A DNA stretch of 64,000 nt from Dehalococcoidia bacterium (GTDB taxonomy: Bacteria > Chloroflexota > Dehalococcoidia > UBA2979): positions 32,001 to 96,000 of the forward strand of contig OZ219868.1 in assembly GCA_964291495.2 (NCBI GenBank), in the 5' to 3' direction. Shown here piece by piece: positions 18,263 through 28,423 of this stretch (positions within the stretch are counted from its first letter, which is position 1; every line of letters begins with the position of its first letter). The position numbers were made by a program, and so were the translations under genes. The notes below the pieces were generated by a model. It had not been told where the DNA came from and searched no databases. It worked only from the letters and a program-made list of their open reading frames with translations.

Positions 18263-19336
18263 CTACTGCTCGACGACGGCGGGCAGCGTCAACACCTTCA
18301 GTAGCTCTTCGTCGTTGAGGCACTCGAAGAGCCGGGCGGCCTCGGCGCCGAGTTGAGCGAGCTCGCTCTCCGCCATCTGGTCGACATCGAGGGTTCCGAA
18401 TCCCAGGGCCAGGATGTCGGGGCTCCCTGCAACGATGCTGGCGACGCAGACCAGCGCCTCATCTCTCAGCCCGTCGACTCGCGATGCGGTGAATGCGGTG
18501 AAGAGGGCCGTCTTGCTCTCCAGAGTCAGGCAGTCGAGCAGGGCGACCGCGGGACCGAACGCTTGCGTAGCCGTAGCGTTGAGGAACGCGTCGAACTGCG
18601 CCTCGCCGACCTTCTCACGCAGGCATGCCGCTTCGTCGGTTGAGAGCAGTTCGATGATCTCGCGGCCGGTGAAGCTGTCCCTCTGATCCAGCCTCGTCGT
18701 GAGTTGCACGAGCACGTCCGCCTGGTCTACCGGGCTGAGGCAGTCGAACGCCGCCTTTTGGGCGGAGAGCAGGGCTTCGCCGTCAATCGGCCCCATCTGC
18801 TCACGGAGCAGGGCGAACCTGATGTGGATGATCTCAGGGTTCGCTCGGGCGATTGGGATCCTGCACTCGCGTGCGTCCGGGTCGCTCCGCCCGTAGTTGG
18901 CGTCGATGAGCACGAGCCCGATGAGCACGAGATTGTCTTCGGTCAGGCAATTCAGGAACGAGCTCGCGCCGCCCGTTCCACTCTCCTGGATCACCCTCGT
19001 GACCGGAATGCCGAGGAAGGCGTTGTATGCGACTTCTCCGATGGCCTGGCGAAGACAGTCCTGCTCGTCCTCGGAGAGGCGGCTCATCAGCTCACCGCCG
19101 GTAGTCGTGTCGGTCAGGTAGAAGTCCTCCAGCGACCCTGCCGGCTCAGCCGCCGGGGTGGGAGTTGGCTCAGGCGTGGCGGGAGGAGGTGACGGCGTCG
19201 GTTCCGGCGTGGGCGTCGCAGTGGGGGCAGTCGTAGGTGTTGCGGTGGGCGTTGGCTCGGGATCGGACCCGCAGCCGGCGCCGACCAGGAAGAGAGCGAG
19301 CGCGAAGGCGACGACGACGAGCCAGCGACTATTCAT
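18263..19336 (-). CDS. Lipoprotein with PT linker and two Cys-containing internal repeats
   Basis: ATG at 19336 after GAGGTG; lipobox VGAGC; PTPTATP linker; repeated T-G-x-EL..LS.DE..CLR..GE unit; slightly lower GC. Confidence 0.75.
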   Translation of the reverse strand: MNSRWLVVVAFALALFLVGAGCGSDPEPTPTATPTTAPTATPTPEPTPSPPPATPEPTPTPAAEPAGSLEDFYLTDTTTGGELMSRLSEDEQDCLRQAIGEVAYNAFLGIPVTRVIQESGTGGASSFLNCLTEDNLVLIGLVLIDANYGRSDPDARECRIPIARANPEIIHIRFALLREQMGPIDGEALLSAQKAAFDCLSPVDQADVLVQLTTRLDQRDSFTGREIIELLSTDEAACLREKVGEAQFDAFLNATATQAFGPAVALLDCLTLESKTALFTAFTASRVDGLRDEALVCVASIVAGSPDILALGFGTLDVDQMAESELAQLGAEAARLFECLNDEELLKVLTLPAVVEQ

Positions 19337-19568
19337 AGTGACATGCACCTCGATGCTGTTCCCCGACCCCGGACTCGCGATCGGTCTAGACCCGTACTGC
19401 GACTGCGACGTGGTATCAGCCCTGTGTTCGATCCGTCAACCCGCTTGCTCGGGTACCCGGGCGCGCTACGGGAGGGGCCGGGCAGGCCTGCGAGCACTTC
19501 GCGTTGCCCACTCGACGTTCCAGTTCACGAGTCGCAGCGCATCGGCCTGTCGCCTCGTTGCGCTTCCG

Positions 19569-20735
19569 TCAGTACAGCACCTGCTCCGCCGTGAGGCGCT
19601 CGAGCTCCTCGCGAGGGCGGCCGAGCAGCTTGCAGACGACGTACTCGTTGTGCTCGCCCATGAGGGGGGCGCGGTTGTTGGCGAGCGGGATCTCGTCCGG
19701 CCAGATCCAGGGCGCGCGGTAGACCAGCTCCCAGCCGATCGAGGGGTGCTCCGTCTCCACGTAGGTGCCGCGCGCCTGGTAGTGGGGGTCCTCGAAGCGG
19801 TCCTTGGCGGTCGTGACGGCGCCCGCGGGCACCCCCGCCGCCTGCAGCGCCTCCATCGCGTCTCGCGGGTCACGCTCCGCGCACCAGCGTTCGAGGGCGT
19901 CCCGCACTGCCGCCGGATCGTCCGAGGGCGCGCCGGTGAGGGCGGCGACGGCGGCGAGCTGCGCCTCGTCCTCGGCGGCGACGGCGATCCACTCGTCCTC
20001 GCCCGCGCAGCGGAAGCAGTCGTGCAGCGGCTCGTCATTGGGCGGGAGGTTTCCGAGCGGGCCGGGAACCTCGCCGAAGAGGTCGAGCCACGCCATCGCC
20101 TCGGCGGAGGTCTGCATGCCGGCGGCCAGCTGCGAGAGGTCGATGTGCTCGCCGCGGCCGCTGCGCTTGCGGCGGATCAGCGCGGCGAGGATGGCGACCG
20201 CGCCGTGCAGGCTGGCGTTGGGGTCGGGGTAGGACTGCTGAACGCCCAGCGGCTCCTCGCCGGGGTAGCCGCAGAGCGAGTCGAGGCCACTGAAGGCGGC
20301 GATCGTCGAGGCGTAGCTGCGCAGCTCGCGCAGCGGGCCCTGCTGGCCGCCGCCGGACATCGAGAGCATCACGAGGTCCGGCCGGCGCTCGCGCAGCGCC
20401 TCGTAGCCGAGGCCGTAGCGGTCGAGCACGCCGGGCGCGAAGTTCTGGATCGCCACGTCGCAGTGCGCGGCGAGGTCGAGCAGCAGGTCGCGCCCGGCCT
20501 CGGTGGTGAAGTCGATGCTGAGGCTGAGCTTGCCGCGGTTGATGTTGTGGAACATCGGCTGCTGCTCGGTGTCGGGCGCGTCCTTGACGATCGCGCGGCC
20601 CTGCCGCATGTAGTCGAGCCGCTTGCGCGTCTCCACCTTGATCACCTCGGCGCCGAGGAAGGCGAGCATCTGGCCGGGCACCGCCCCGGCCCAGACCCAG
20701 CCGAAGTCGAGCACGCGCACGCCCTGCAGCAGCAT
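19569..20735 (-). CDS. Family III CoA-transferase (CaiB/BaiF), catalytic-type subunit
   Basis: ATG at 20735 overlaps the upstream stop; GVRVLDFG, GAEVIKVE, NRGKLSL, NFAPG, SYPD, APLMGEHN. Confidence 0.92.
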   Translation of the reverse strand: MLLQGVRVLDFGWVWAGAVPGQMLAFLGAEVIKVETRKRLDYMRQGRAIVKDAPDTEQQPMFHNINRGKLSLSIDFTTEAGRDLLLDLAAHCDVAIQNFAPGVLDRYGLGYEALRERRPDLVMLSMSGGGQQGPLRELRSYASTIAAFSGLDSLCGYPGEEPLGVQQSYPDPNASLHGAVAILAALIRRKRSGRGEHIDLSQLAAGMQTSAEAMAWLDLFGEVPGPLGNLPPNDEPLHDCFRCAGEDEWIAVAAEDEAQLAAVAALTGAPSDDPAAVRDALERWCAERDPRDAMEALQAAGVPAGAVTTAKDRFEDPHYQARGTYVETEHPSIGWELVYRAPWIWPDEIPLANNRAPLMGEHNEYVVCKLLGRPREELERLTAEQVLY

Positions 20736-21880
20736 CAGGAGGCCTCCGGAGGCGGCGGGACCGGGCCCGGCGGCGCGAGCTCCGCCTCGGCGAAGCGGTA
20801 CGGCGGCGCGGGTAGCGTCAGCTCCACGCCCGAGGCGCCCTCGAAGCGCTCGAAGGCGCCCGCGGCTTGCAGGTCGGCGTCGGCGCGCACGTCGGCGACG
20901 GTGCGGACGGGGGCGGCGGGGATGTTGCGGGCGCGGCACTCCTCGAAGACCTGCTGGCGGGTACGCGCCTCGAACCATGGGGCGAGCAGGGCGTCGACCT
21001 CGTCGGCGTGGCGGTCGTTCATGTCGAGGCGGCTGCCGAAGCGCCGCTCGGCGGCCCACTCGGGCGAGCCGACCATCTCGATGAAGAGCTGGTGCTGGTG
21101 GCGCTCGGAGGCCTGGATCGCGATCCAGCCGTCGGAGCAGCGGAAGAGCTGGTGCGGGTAGGGCTGGCCGAGCACGCGGCGGCCCTGGCGGCTGCGCAGG
21201 CGGTTGGAGAAGAGGTAGCTGACCACCGTCGTGCCCGTGTGCACCGTCGCCCAGACATCGCTCTCGGCGATGTCGACGACGCGTGCGCCCTCGGCGGCCT
21301 CGCGCTCGTCGCCCTCGTATGCGTCCCCGAGGGCTGCGATGGCGGCGACGAGGCCGGCCTGGATCGCGGTCTGCGAGAGCGGCATGCGCAGCGGCGGGCG
21401 GCCGGGCGCGCCGATGCCGACGCTGGAGCCGCCGAACGCCGAGGTGACGATCTCCGGGCCGCGGTAGTTGCGGTAGGGGCCGCTGAGCCCGAACGGCGTG
21501 ATCGCGCAGACCACGTCGCAACCGAGTCCGGCGAGCGCGCCGACCTCGAGGCCCCACGCCTCGTAGCGGCGCGGCTCGAGGTCGAGGATGAAGGCGTCGG
21601 CCCCGGCGACCAGCTCGCGCAGCCGGGCGGGGTCGGCGACGACTTCGCTGGTCTTGCCCTCGTTGAAGAAGTCGAAGGCGGCGGTGGTGGTGCGGCCGTT
21701 CGCCTCGTGCCGGCGCGAGCCGTCGCGGCGCAGCGGGTCGCCCTCGGGCGGCTCGACCTTGACGAGGTCGGCGCCGAGGCGGCGCAGCAGCTTGCCCGCG
21801 TAGGCGGCGGCCCCGCGCTCGCTCAGCTCGACGACGCGCAGGCCGCCAATCGGGAGATCGAGGTCGGGCAGGTCCGCCAT
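20735..21880 (-). CDS. Family III CoA-transferase, probable non-catalytic subunit
   Basis: ATG at 21880; GLRVVEL, GADLVKVEPP, ITPFGLSGPY; no Asp at the usual catalytic position (MPLSQTAIQAG). Confidence 0.85.
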   Translation of the reverse strand: MADLPDLDLPIGGLRVVELSERGAAAYAGKLLRRLGADLVKVEPPEGDPLRRDGSRRHEANGRTTTAAFDFFNEGKTSEVVADPARLRELVAGADAFILDLEPRRYEAWGLEVGALAGLGCDVVCAITPFGLSGPYRNYRGPEIVTSAFGGSSVGIGAPGRPPLRMPLSQTAIQAGLVAAIAALGDAYEGDEREAAEGARVVDIAESDVWATVHTGTTVVSYLFSNRLRSRQGRRVLGQPYPHQLFRCSDGWIAIQASERHQHQLFIEMVGSPEWAAERRFGSRLDMNDRHADEVDALLAPWFEARTRQQVFEECRARNIPAAPVRTVADVRADADLQAAGAFERFEGASGVELTLPAPPYRFAEAELAPPGPVPPPPEAS

Positions 21881-24186
21881 CAGTAGACGGCCTGCTCGCC
21901 GATCCAGCGCTCGAGGTCCTCGCGGCTGTGGCCGAGCAGGCCGCAGATGACCTCCTCGTTGTGCTCGCCGAGGTCCGGAGACCACGCGTCGTAGCGCACG
22001 CTCGAGGCGATCTCGAAGCGCCAGGGCGCGCCGACGGTGGCGCGCTCGCCGTAGCGCTCGTCCCGGAGGTCGACGATGGCGCCGCGCTCGCGCAGGTGCG
22101 CGTCGGCGACGAGGTTCTCGCCCGTCATCGAGACCTCGGCGGCGATTCCGGCGGCCTGGAGGCGGGCGGCCAGCTCGTGCGCGTCATGGCCGGCCGTCCA
22201 GTAGCGCAGCGCGGCGTCGAGCGGTCCGCCGTTGGCGCGGCGCCGGCCCGCGCTCACGTATTGCGGGCGGTCGAAGGACTGGTGTCCGGACAGCTCGACG
22301 AAGCGCTCCCACTCCTCGTCGGAGCGGATGGCGATGGCAATCCAGGCGTCCTCGCCGGCCGCAGGGTAGACGCCGTGCGGGGCCCACTGCTCGTGGCCGG
22401 TGCCGACGCGCGGCGCGTCGCCGTCGGCGATCGTCTGCACGATCGACTCACCGACGAGCATGGCCGCCACCTCGCGAGCCGCGAGGTCGGCGAAGGCGCC
22501 CGCGCCGGTACGGTCGCGCTGTTCGAGCATCGCGAGGGAGAGCAGGGCGGCGATCAGGCCTGCCTCGTGGTCCATCTGGTTGCGGATCTCGCCCGGAGCG
22601 CCGTCGGGGTAGCCGCTCATGTAGCCGAGGCCGCCCTCGGCGGCGAAGATCGGCGCGTAGCCGGGGCGGTGGCTGTCCGGGCCGTGCTGGCCGTAGGCGG
22701 AGAGCGAAACCATCACGAGGCGCGGATTGACCGCCTTGAGGTCCTCCCAGCCGAGACCGAGCCGCCCCATCACGCCGGGCCGGAAGTTCTCGATCGCCAC
22801 GTCGCTCGCCGCCACCAGTTCACGCGCGAGCTGCGCGGCGCGCTCCTCCTTGAGGTTGAGCGTGATCGAGCGCTTGTGGCCCGCGAGGTGGTCGAAGTTC
22901 GGCACGTCGAAACGGCCGTAGAGCGGGTGCGGCCGCCGCCCGATGTCGAGCCGCGCCTGCGACTCGACCTTGATCACGTCCGCGCCGAGCAGGCTGAGCA
23001 TCAGCGTCGCGTAGGGACCGGCGGCCATGTTCGTGAAATCGGCCACGCGGACGCCCTCGAGTGGCTTCGCGCCGCCCGAGGCGGGAGCAGCGGGGGTAGT
23101 GGAGGCGCCGCCATCGCTCGCTGCGCTCGCGAGTTGCCAGGCGACGCCGGGCGTCAGTTCGCCATTCTCGCTCGTTCGGAAGAAGCCGCGGTGCTGGAAC
23201 TGCTGGTCCTCGGGCAGCTGCTCTGGGGCGAGGTAGGGGCCGCAGGGCAGGCCGGTCTCCGCGGCGCGCGCGACGACCTCCGCGACGCTGCGCTCGGCGA
23301 CCCAGGCGCGCAGGTGCTCGTTGATGAAGGGGCCGCGCCGGCCGCGCTCGACGGTGTCCTCGAACTCCGGCGCCTGCGCCCATTCCGGGTCGCCCATGAG
23401 CTCGCGCAAGGCAATCCAGTGGTGCTGCTCGATCGGCACGATCTCGACATAACCGTCGGCGCAGCGCACGATCCCGCCGTAGCTGAAGCTGCGGTTCGAG
23501 CGCCGTTCGAAGTGCCCGTCCACGTAACGGCTGACCGACAGGTAGTTGAGCGAGAGCTGCGAGTCCTGCACCGAGAGGTCGATGCGCTCGGTGCGCCCGG
23601 ACGCCCTCGAGGAGCGCAGGCCGGCCAGCGCGGCGAAGGCGGCGTTCGTGCCCGCCTGGTAGCTCCCGAGGTAGCGGCCGACGCCGATCGGCGGGCGGTC
23701 GGGGAACTCCTCGTAGCCAAGTCCCGAGGGCTGGAGGAAGCCCTCGCCGCCGCCCTGGAACAGCGTCAGCTCGGACCCCTGCCAGTCGCTCTTGGGGCCG
23801 CTCTGCCCGTAGGGCGTCAGCGCCACGAAGGCCCGCCCGCGATCGGGCAGCGGGGCCGCCTCGACGATCGGGTTCCAGCCGAAGGGCAGCGTGGGGCGCT
23901 CGTGCACGATGATCTCGACTCTTGCGACCTGCCCGGCGTCGGGGCGGGCGGGAAGGTCGCGCGTCTCCAATCCCGCGGCGAGGTAGCGGAAGACCGCGCT
24001 CTCGCCACTCTCGAGGAACGGCGGACAACTGCGCAGCGGAGTGCCGCCGGGCGGCTCCAGCAACTCGACGCGCGCGCCGAGCTCGCGCAGCAGCCGGCCG
24101 GCGAACCCGCCGGCGGGTGTATCGGCGATCAGCCACGCGCGAAAGCCGTCGAGCGGAAGCATGGGCAGCCCTTCGTCGTCGGTCAT
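21880..24186 (-). CDS. Tandem two-domain family III CoA-transferase
   Basis: 768 aa with two CaiB/BaiF units; the second begins KPLEGVRVADFT and contains ENFRPG and NQMD. Confidence 0.9.
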   Translation of the reverse strand: MTDDEGLPMLPLDGFRAWLIADTPAGGFAGRLLRELGARVELLEPPGGTPLRSCPPFLESGESAVFRYLAAGLETRDLPARPDAGQVARVEIIVHERPTLPFGWNPIVEAAPLPDRGRAFVALTPYGQSGPKSDWQGSELTLFQGGGEGFLQPSGLGYEEFPDRPPIGVGRYLGSYQAGTNAAFAALAGLRSSRASGRTERIDLSVQDSQLSLNYLSVSRYVDGHFERRSNRSFSYGGIVRCADGYVEIVPIEQHHWIALRELMGDPEWAQAPEFEDTVERGRRGPFINEHLRAWVAERSVAEVVARAAETGLPCGPYLAPEQLPEDQQFQHRGFFRTSENGELTPGVAWQLASAASDGGASTTPAAPASGGAKPLEGVRVADFTNMAAGPYATLMLSLLGADVIKVESQARLDIGRRPHPLYGRFDVPNFDHLAGHKRSITLNLKEERAAQLARELVAASDVAIENFRPGVMGRLGLGWEDLKAVNPRLVMVSLSAYGQHGPDSHRPGYAPIFAAEGGLGYMSGYPDGAPGEIRNQMDHEAGLIAALLSLAMLEQRDRTGAGAFADLAAREVAAMLVGESIVQTIADGDAPRVGTGHEQWAPHGVYPAAGEDAWIAIAIRSDEEWERFVELSGHQSFDRPQYVSAGRRRANGGPLDAALRYWTAGHDAHELAARLQAAGIAAEVSMTGENLVADAHLRERGAIVDLRDERYGERATVGAPWRFEIASSVRYDAWSPDLGEHNEEVICGLLGHSREDLERWIGEQAVY

Positions 24187-24196
24187 CGCGAAGATG

Positions 24197-25483
24197 CTAT
24201 TGGATGGCCCCCGCTGCGCGATAGGCGTCGAGGTCTGCGTCCGAGCAGCCTGCCTCGCGCAGCACCGCCTCGGTGTCCGCGCCGAGCAGCGGGGCGGGGC
24301 CTCGCACGGCCGTCGGCGTCTCCGAGAGCTCGACGATCGGCCCGACGACGCGCTGCGGGCCGGTCAGCGGGTGTTCGAGGTCGGCCATCATGCCGGCGGC
24401 GTTGACATGCGAGTCGTCGGCCAGTTCCTCCGGGAAGTGCACCGGGCCGACGGGCACGCCCTCCGCCTCGAAGGCCTCGATCCACTCGGCCACGGGGCGA
24501 GTGCGGATCAGCGCGCGGATGCGCCCGAGCAGTGCCGTGGCGTGCGCGATGTTCGCGGGGTCGCCGCTGTCGAAGTCCGGCATGTCGCTCGGGTCATCCT
24601 CGATGCCAAGCACGCGGCGCGCGCCGTCACGCGTCCGCGGCGTAAGCGCGCCGAGGGCGATCACGCCGTCGCTGGCCTCGAAGCCGCCGTAGTAGATGCG
24701 GAACGCCCAGCGCCTCGCGCGGATCGCGTGGCGCGCGTCCAGCTGCTCGCGGTACGAGGCGCCCGCCGCGCGCAGCTCCCGGACCGCCTCCATCATCGGG
24801 TCGACGGTCGAGGCGTCGCTGACCGGCTCGCGCATGATGTAGCTGTCCTGGATCGCCATCGCCGAGCGCAGCAGCGAGGTCTCGACGAGCTGGCCGCGGC
24901 CGGTGAGCTCGCGCCGGTAGAGGGCCGAGCAGATCCCGATCACCGCCGCGAGTCCCGAGGTGTAATCGGAGACTGGCCCCGCTGCGATGTGCTCGGGCGC
25001 GCCCGCGTCATCGGTCTTCGCGTCGCCGACCGTGAGGCCGGAGTAAGCGGACATCGTCGCGTCGGTGCCCGCGCGATCGGCGAGCGGCCCGCGTGATCCG
25101 AAGGCGGAGATGCGGCAGTAGACGAGGCCCGGATGCAGCGAGGAGAGCGTCTCGTAGTCGATCTCCAGCCGCTCCAGCACGCGCTGGCGGAAGTTGATCG
25201 TCAGCACGTCGAAGCGCGGCAGGATGCGGTGGATCAGCTCGCGCCCGGCGTTCGTCTGGAGGTCGACGAGAATGCTGCGCTTGCCGCGGTTGACCGCCTG
25301 GAAGCGCTTGCCCTCGTTGGGGATGATCGCGCCGAAGTTGCGGTGCGGATCGCCGCCCGGCGGACGCTCGACCTTGACCACCTCGGCCCCGAGGTCGGAG
25401 AGCACGCAGCCCGAGAACGGCCCCGCCACGAGCTGCGAGAACTCCAGCACCCGGATGCCATCGAGGGGTCCGCCTGTGGCCAT
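24197..25483 (-). CDS. Family III CoA-transferase
   Basis: GPLDGIRVLEFSQLVAGP, GAEVVKVE, NRGKRS, PVSD, APLLGADT. Confidence 0.93.
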   Translation of the reverse strand: MATGGPLDGIRVLEFSQLVAGPFSGCVLSDLGAEVVKVERPPGGDPHRNFGAIIPNEGKRFQAVNRGKRSILVDLQTNAGRELIHRILPRFDVLTINFRQRVLERLEIDYETLSSLHPGLVYCRISAFGSRGPLADRAGTDATMSAYSGLTVGDAKTDDAGAPEHIAAGPVSDYTSGLAAVIGICSALYRRELTGRGQLVETSLLRSAMAIQDSYIMREPVSDASTVDPMMEAVRELRAAGASYREQLDARHAIRARRWAFRIYYGGFEASDGVIALGALTPRTRDGARRVLGIEDDPSDMPDFDSGDPANIAHATALLGRIRALIRTRPVAEWIEAFEAEGVPVGPVHFPEELADDSHVNAAGMMADLEHPLTGPQRVVGPIVELSETPTAVRGPAPLLGADTEAVLREAGCSDADLDAYRAAGAIQ

Positions 25484-25617
25484 CGGGCACGCTCCGTCCG
25501 CGCCACGCTCGCCCCCTGCCAGTCCGGCGGGCGGGCGGCGTCGCGGGCGATGATAAGCTGCCCGCCCGTGGCAGGCGCGCCGCCTGCCGCACCGGCCTGC
25601 GCGCGGAGGTGACAGCC

Positions 25618-26400
25618 ATGCCCAAGCTAGACCGCGACGGCGTCGCGATCCACTACGAGGACGATGGGCCGAAGGACACGGGCACGCTGCCCGTGCTGCT
25701 CACGCACGGCTACGCGGCGACCTGCCTGATGTGGCGGCCGCAGATCGCGGCCTTCGCCGACCGCTACCGGCTGATCGGCTGGGACATGCGCGGCCACGGA
25801 CAGAGCGACAGCCCGCCCGACGACGCCCTCTACAGCCGCGAGCTGACCGTCGAGGACATGCGCGCGATCCTCGATGAGCTCGGGATCGAGCAGGCGGTGA
25901 TCGCGGGACACTCGCTCGGCGGCTACATGTCGCTCGCCTTCCAGGCGACGCACCCGGAGCGCACGGGCGCGCTGATCCTGCAGGGCACCGGCCCCGGCTA
26001 CCGCAACCCCGTCGCACGCGAGGCGTGGAACGAGGACCGCCTCGAGCGCGCTCGCCGGTTGGAGACGATCGGCATGAGCACCCACGACGGCGGATCCGAG
26101 GTCGACATGAGCGAGCACAGCTCGGCGGAGGGACTCGCACGCTCCGCGCGCGGGATGCTCACCCAGCACGACTCGCTGGTGATCGACGGCATCGCCTCGA
26201 TCACGCTGCCGACCCTGCTGCTGGTCGGGGAGAACGACACGCCGTTCCGCAACGGCATGAGCTACATGGAGAACCGCATCGAGGGCAGCGAGCTGCACGT
26301 CTTCGACGGCGCCGGGCACGGCGTGAACATCGAGGCGCCGGAGGGCGTGAACGCGGCGATTGAGGGCTTCCTCGCGCACCTCGCGGGAGGCGCCCAGTGA
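25618..26400 (+). CDS. Alpha/beta-fold hydrolase
   Basis: LTHG, DMRGHGQS, nucleophile GHSLG, GEND, AGH. Confidence 0.9.
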   Translation: MPKLDRDGVAIHYEDDGPKDTGTLPVLLTHGYAATCLMWRPQIAAFADRYRLIGWDMRGHGQSDSPPDDALYSRELTVEDMRAILDELGIEQAVIAGHSLGGYMSLAFQATHPERTGALILQGTGPGYRNPVAREAWNEDRLERARRLETIGMSTHDGGSEVDMSEHSSAEGLARSARGMLTQHDSLVIDGIASITLPTLLLVGENDTPFRNGMSYMENRIEGSELHVFDGAGHGVNIEAPEGVNAAIEGFLAHLAGGAQ

Positions 26401-27371
26401 GCGTCACGATTCTCTTCTGGCCGCCGTGGCGCCGCGGTCAGGAGGACTGGGCGCGACGCGTCGATGAGGCCCTGCCGGACGTCCGCACGCTCTCGCCCGC
26501 GGACACCGAGTCCGCCCTCGACGTGATCGGGGAGGCGGACGCGATCTTCGCGGAGAGCCGCATCTCCGAGGAGGCGCTCGCCGCTGCGACGAAGGTGCGC
26601 TGGATCCACTCGGCGATGGTCGCGCCGCCCCCTGGCTGGTACCACGACGCGCTGATCGAGCACCCGGCAACGGTCACGAATCCTCGAGGCGTCTACAACG
26701 ACCACATCAGCGTGCACATCATGTCCTTCGTCCTCTACTTCGCGCGCCAGCTGCACCGCTACGTGCCTCGCATCGCCGAGGCCCGCTGGGAGCCGGACCT
26801 CTCACGCAGCGGCGTCACCTACCTCGAGGAGTCGACCGTGCTGCTGATCGGCGTCGGCGAGATCGGCGCGGAGACCGCGCGCCTCCTCGGCGCTTTCGGC
26901 GCCACCGTCGTCGGCGTCGACGCGCGCCGTAGCGAGTTGACCGAGGGGCTGGCGGAACTGCACCCGCCCGAGGCGCTGGACGAGCTGTTGCCGCGCGCCG
27001 ACTTCGTGATCCTCACGGTGCCGCACACGCCGGAGACCGAGGGGATGATGAACGCCGCACGCTTCGAGGCGATGAAGGACACGGCCTACCTCGTGAACAT
27101 CGGTCGCGGTCCGACGGTGCGCCTCGACGATCTCAACGAGGCGCTGCGCGAGGGCCGGATCGGCGGGGCCGGCCTCGACGTGTACGAGATCGAGCCGCTG
27201 CCGGCGGAGCACCCGCTGTGGAGCGCCCCGAACGTGCTGCTCACGCCGCACGTCGCCGCCCACGGCCCGTACGTCGAGGAGCGGCGCTTCCAGGTCCTCC
27301 TCGAAAACTGCCGACGCTTCGCGGCCGGCGAGCCGCTCGAGAACATCGTCGACAAGGCGCGCTGGTTCTGA
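26397..27371 (+). CDS. D-2-hydroxyacid dehydrogenase family protein
   Basis: GVGEIG, PHTPETEG, VNIGRG, LDVYEIEPLP, TPHVA. Confidence 0.92.
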   Translation: MSVTILFWPPWRRGQEDWARRVDEALPDVRTLSPADTESALDVIGEADAIFAESRISEEALAAATKVRWIHSAMVAPPPGWYHDALIEHPATVTNPRGVYNDHISVHIMSFVLYFARQLHRYVPRIAEARWEPDLSRSGVTYLEESTVLLIGVGEIGAETARLLGAFGATVVGVDARRSELTEGLAELHPPEALDELLPRADFVILTVPHTPETEGMMNAARFEAMKDTAYLVNIGRGPTVRLDDLNEALREGRIGGAGLDVYEIEPLPAEHPLWSAPNVLLTPHVAAHGPYVEERRFQVLLENCRRFAAGEPLENIVDKARWF

Positions 27372-27386
27372 GCGAGGGGGATCGAG

Positions 27387-28199
27387 ATGGCCGACGCGGG
27401 CGAGCCGGGAGTCTACAAGGTCTACGCCACGAAGTACGCGTGGCGCCCCGTCCGTCGAGGCGACCTGTTTCCCACCGGTGGCGGAGATCGCAGCGAGCAG
27501 GTCGGGATGGACTACTTCGTCTGGGCCGCGATCAGCCCGGAGCGCACCTTCGTCATCGACACGGGCTTCACCGCGGAGGAGGCCGAGCGGCGGGGCCGCA
27601 CGCCGCTGCGCCGCCCGGCGGAGGCGCTCGCGCTCGTCGGCGTGGATGCCGAGAGCGCCGAGGACGTGATCCTCACGCACTGTCACTACGACCACATCGG
27701 CACGGTCGACGACTTCCCGAACGCGCGGCTGCACCTCCAGGAGAGCGAGCTGCAGTTCGCCAGCGGGCGCTACATGCAGAACGCGAGCATCGGCCACTCG
27801 TTCAACGCCGAGGAGGTGACCGGCCTCGTGCGCGACGTGTTCAGCGGGCGGACCGTGCTGCACGACGGCGACGTCGAGCTCGCCGACGGCCTGAGCCTCC
27901 ACCTGCTAGGCGGCCATACCGGCGGCAACCAGGTGGTGCGCGTGCGCACCGCGCGCGGCTGGGTCGTGCTCGCCTCGGACGCCGCGCACTACTACGACCA
28001 GCTCGAGGATGGGGCGCTGTTCGCGATCGTCTTCGACGTCGGCAGGCTCGTGCGCGGCTACCAGCGGATGTACGAGCTGGGCGACTCGCCGCAGCACCTG
28101 GTACCGGGCCACGACCCGCGCGTGCTGCAACGCTATCCGGCGCCCTCGCCGGACCTCGAGGGCATCGTCGCGCGCCTCGACGTGCCGCCGCAGGGGTAG
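27387..28199 (+). CDS. Metallo-beta-lactamase-fold N-acyl homoserine lactonase family protein
   Basis: IDTG, THCHYDH (HxHxDH), GGHT, ASDAAHYY, PGHDP. Confidence 0.85.
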   Translation: MADAGEPGVYKVYATKYAWRPVRRGDLFPTGGGDRSEQVGMDYFVWAAISPERTFVIDTGFTAEEAERRGRTPLRRPAEALALVGVDAESAEDVILTHCHYDHIGTVDDFPNARLHLQESELQFASGRYMQNASIGHSFNAEEVTGLVRDVFSGRTVLHDGDVELADGLSLHLLGGHTGGNQVVRVRTARGWVVLASDAAHYYDQLEDGALFAIVFDVGRLVRGYQRMYELGDSPQHLVPGHDPRVLQRYPAPSPDLEGIVARLDVPPQG

Positions 28200-28423
28200 C
28201 TCCCGAGGGGTATCGGGTCCGGACTGGCGCGGATCGCCCCCGATGTGCGTACACTGGATCGGCGTCCAACACTCTTCGGGCGCATCACGAGGAGGCGCTC
28301 CGCGGCGGGGGAGCGCCTCCATCGCTATTCTCGGACCGTCGCAGCGAGGCTTGACAGCCGCTCTGTGCCCTGCCGAGCATGAGCCGGCGACGCCCATCGC
28401 CCGACGATGAGCCGGAGACGCCG

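Noticed and set aside
28351-28380. Perfect TTGACA upstream of the MmgE/PrpD gene
   Set aside because: No convincing -10 hexamer at 16-18 nt spacing, so not called as a promoter.
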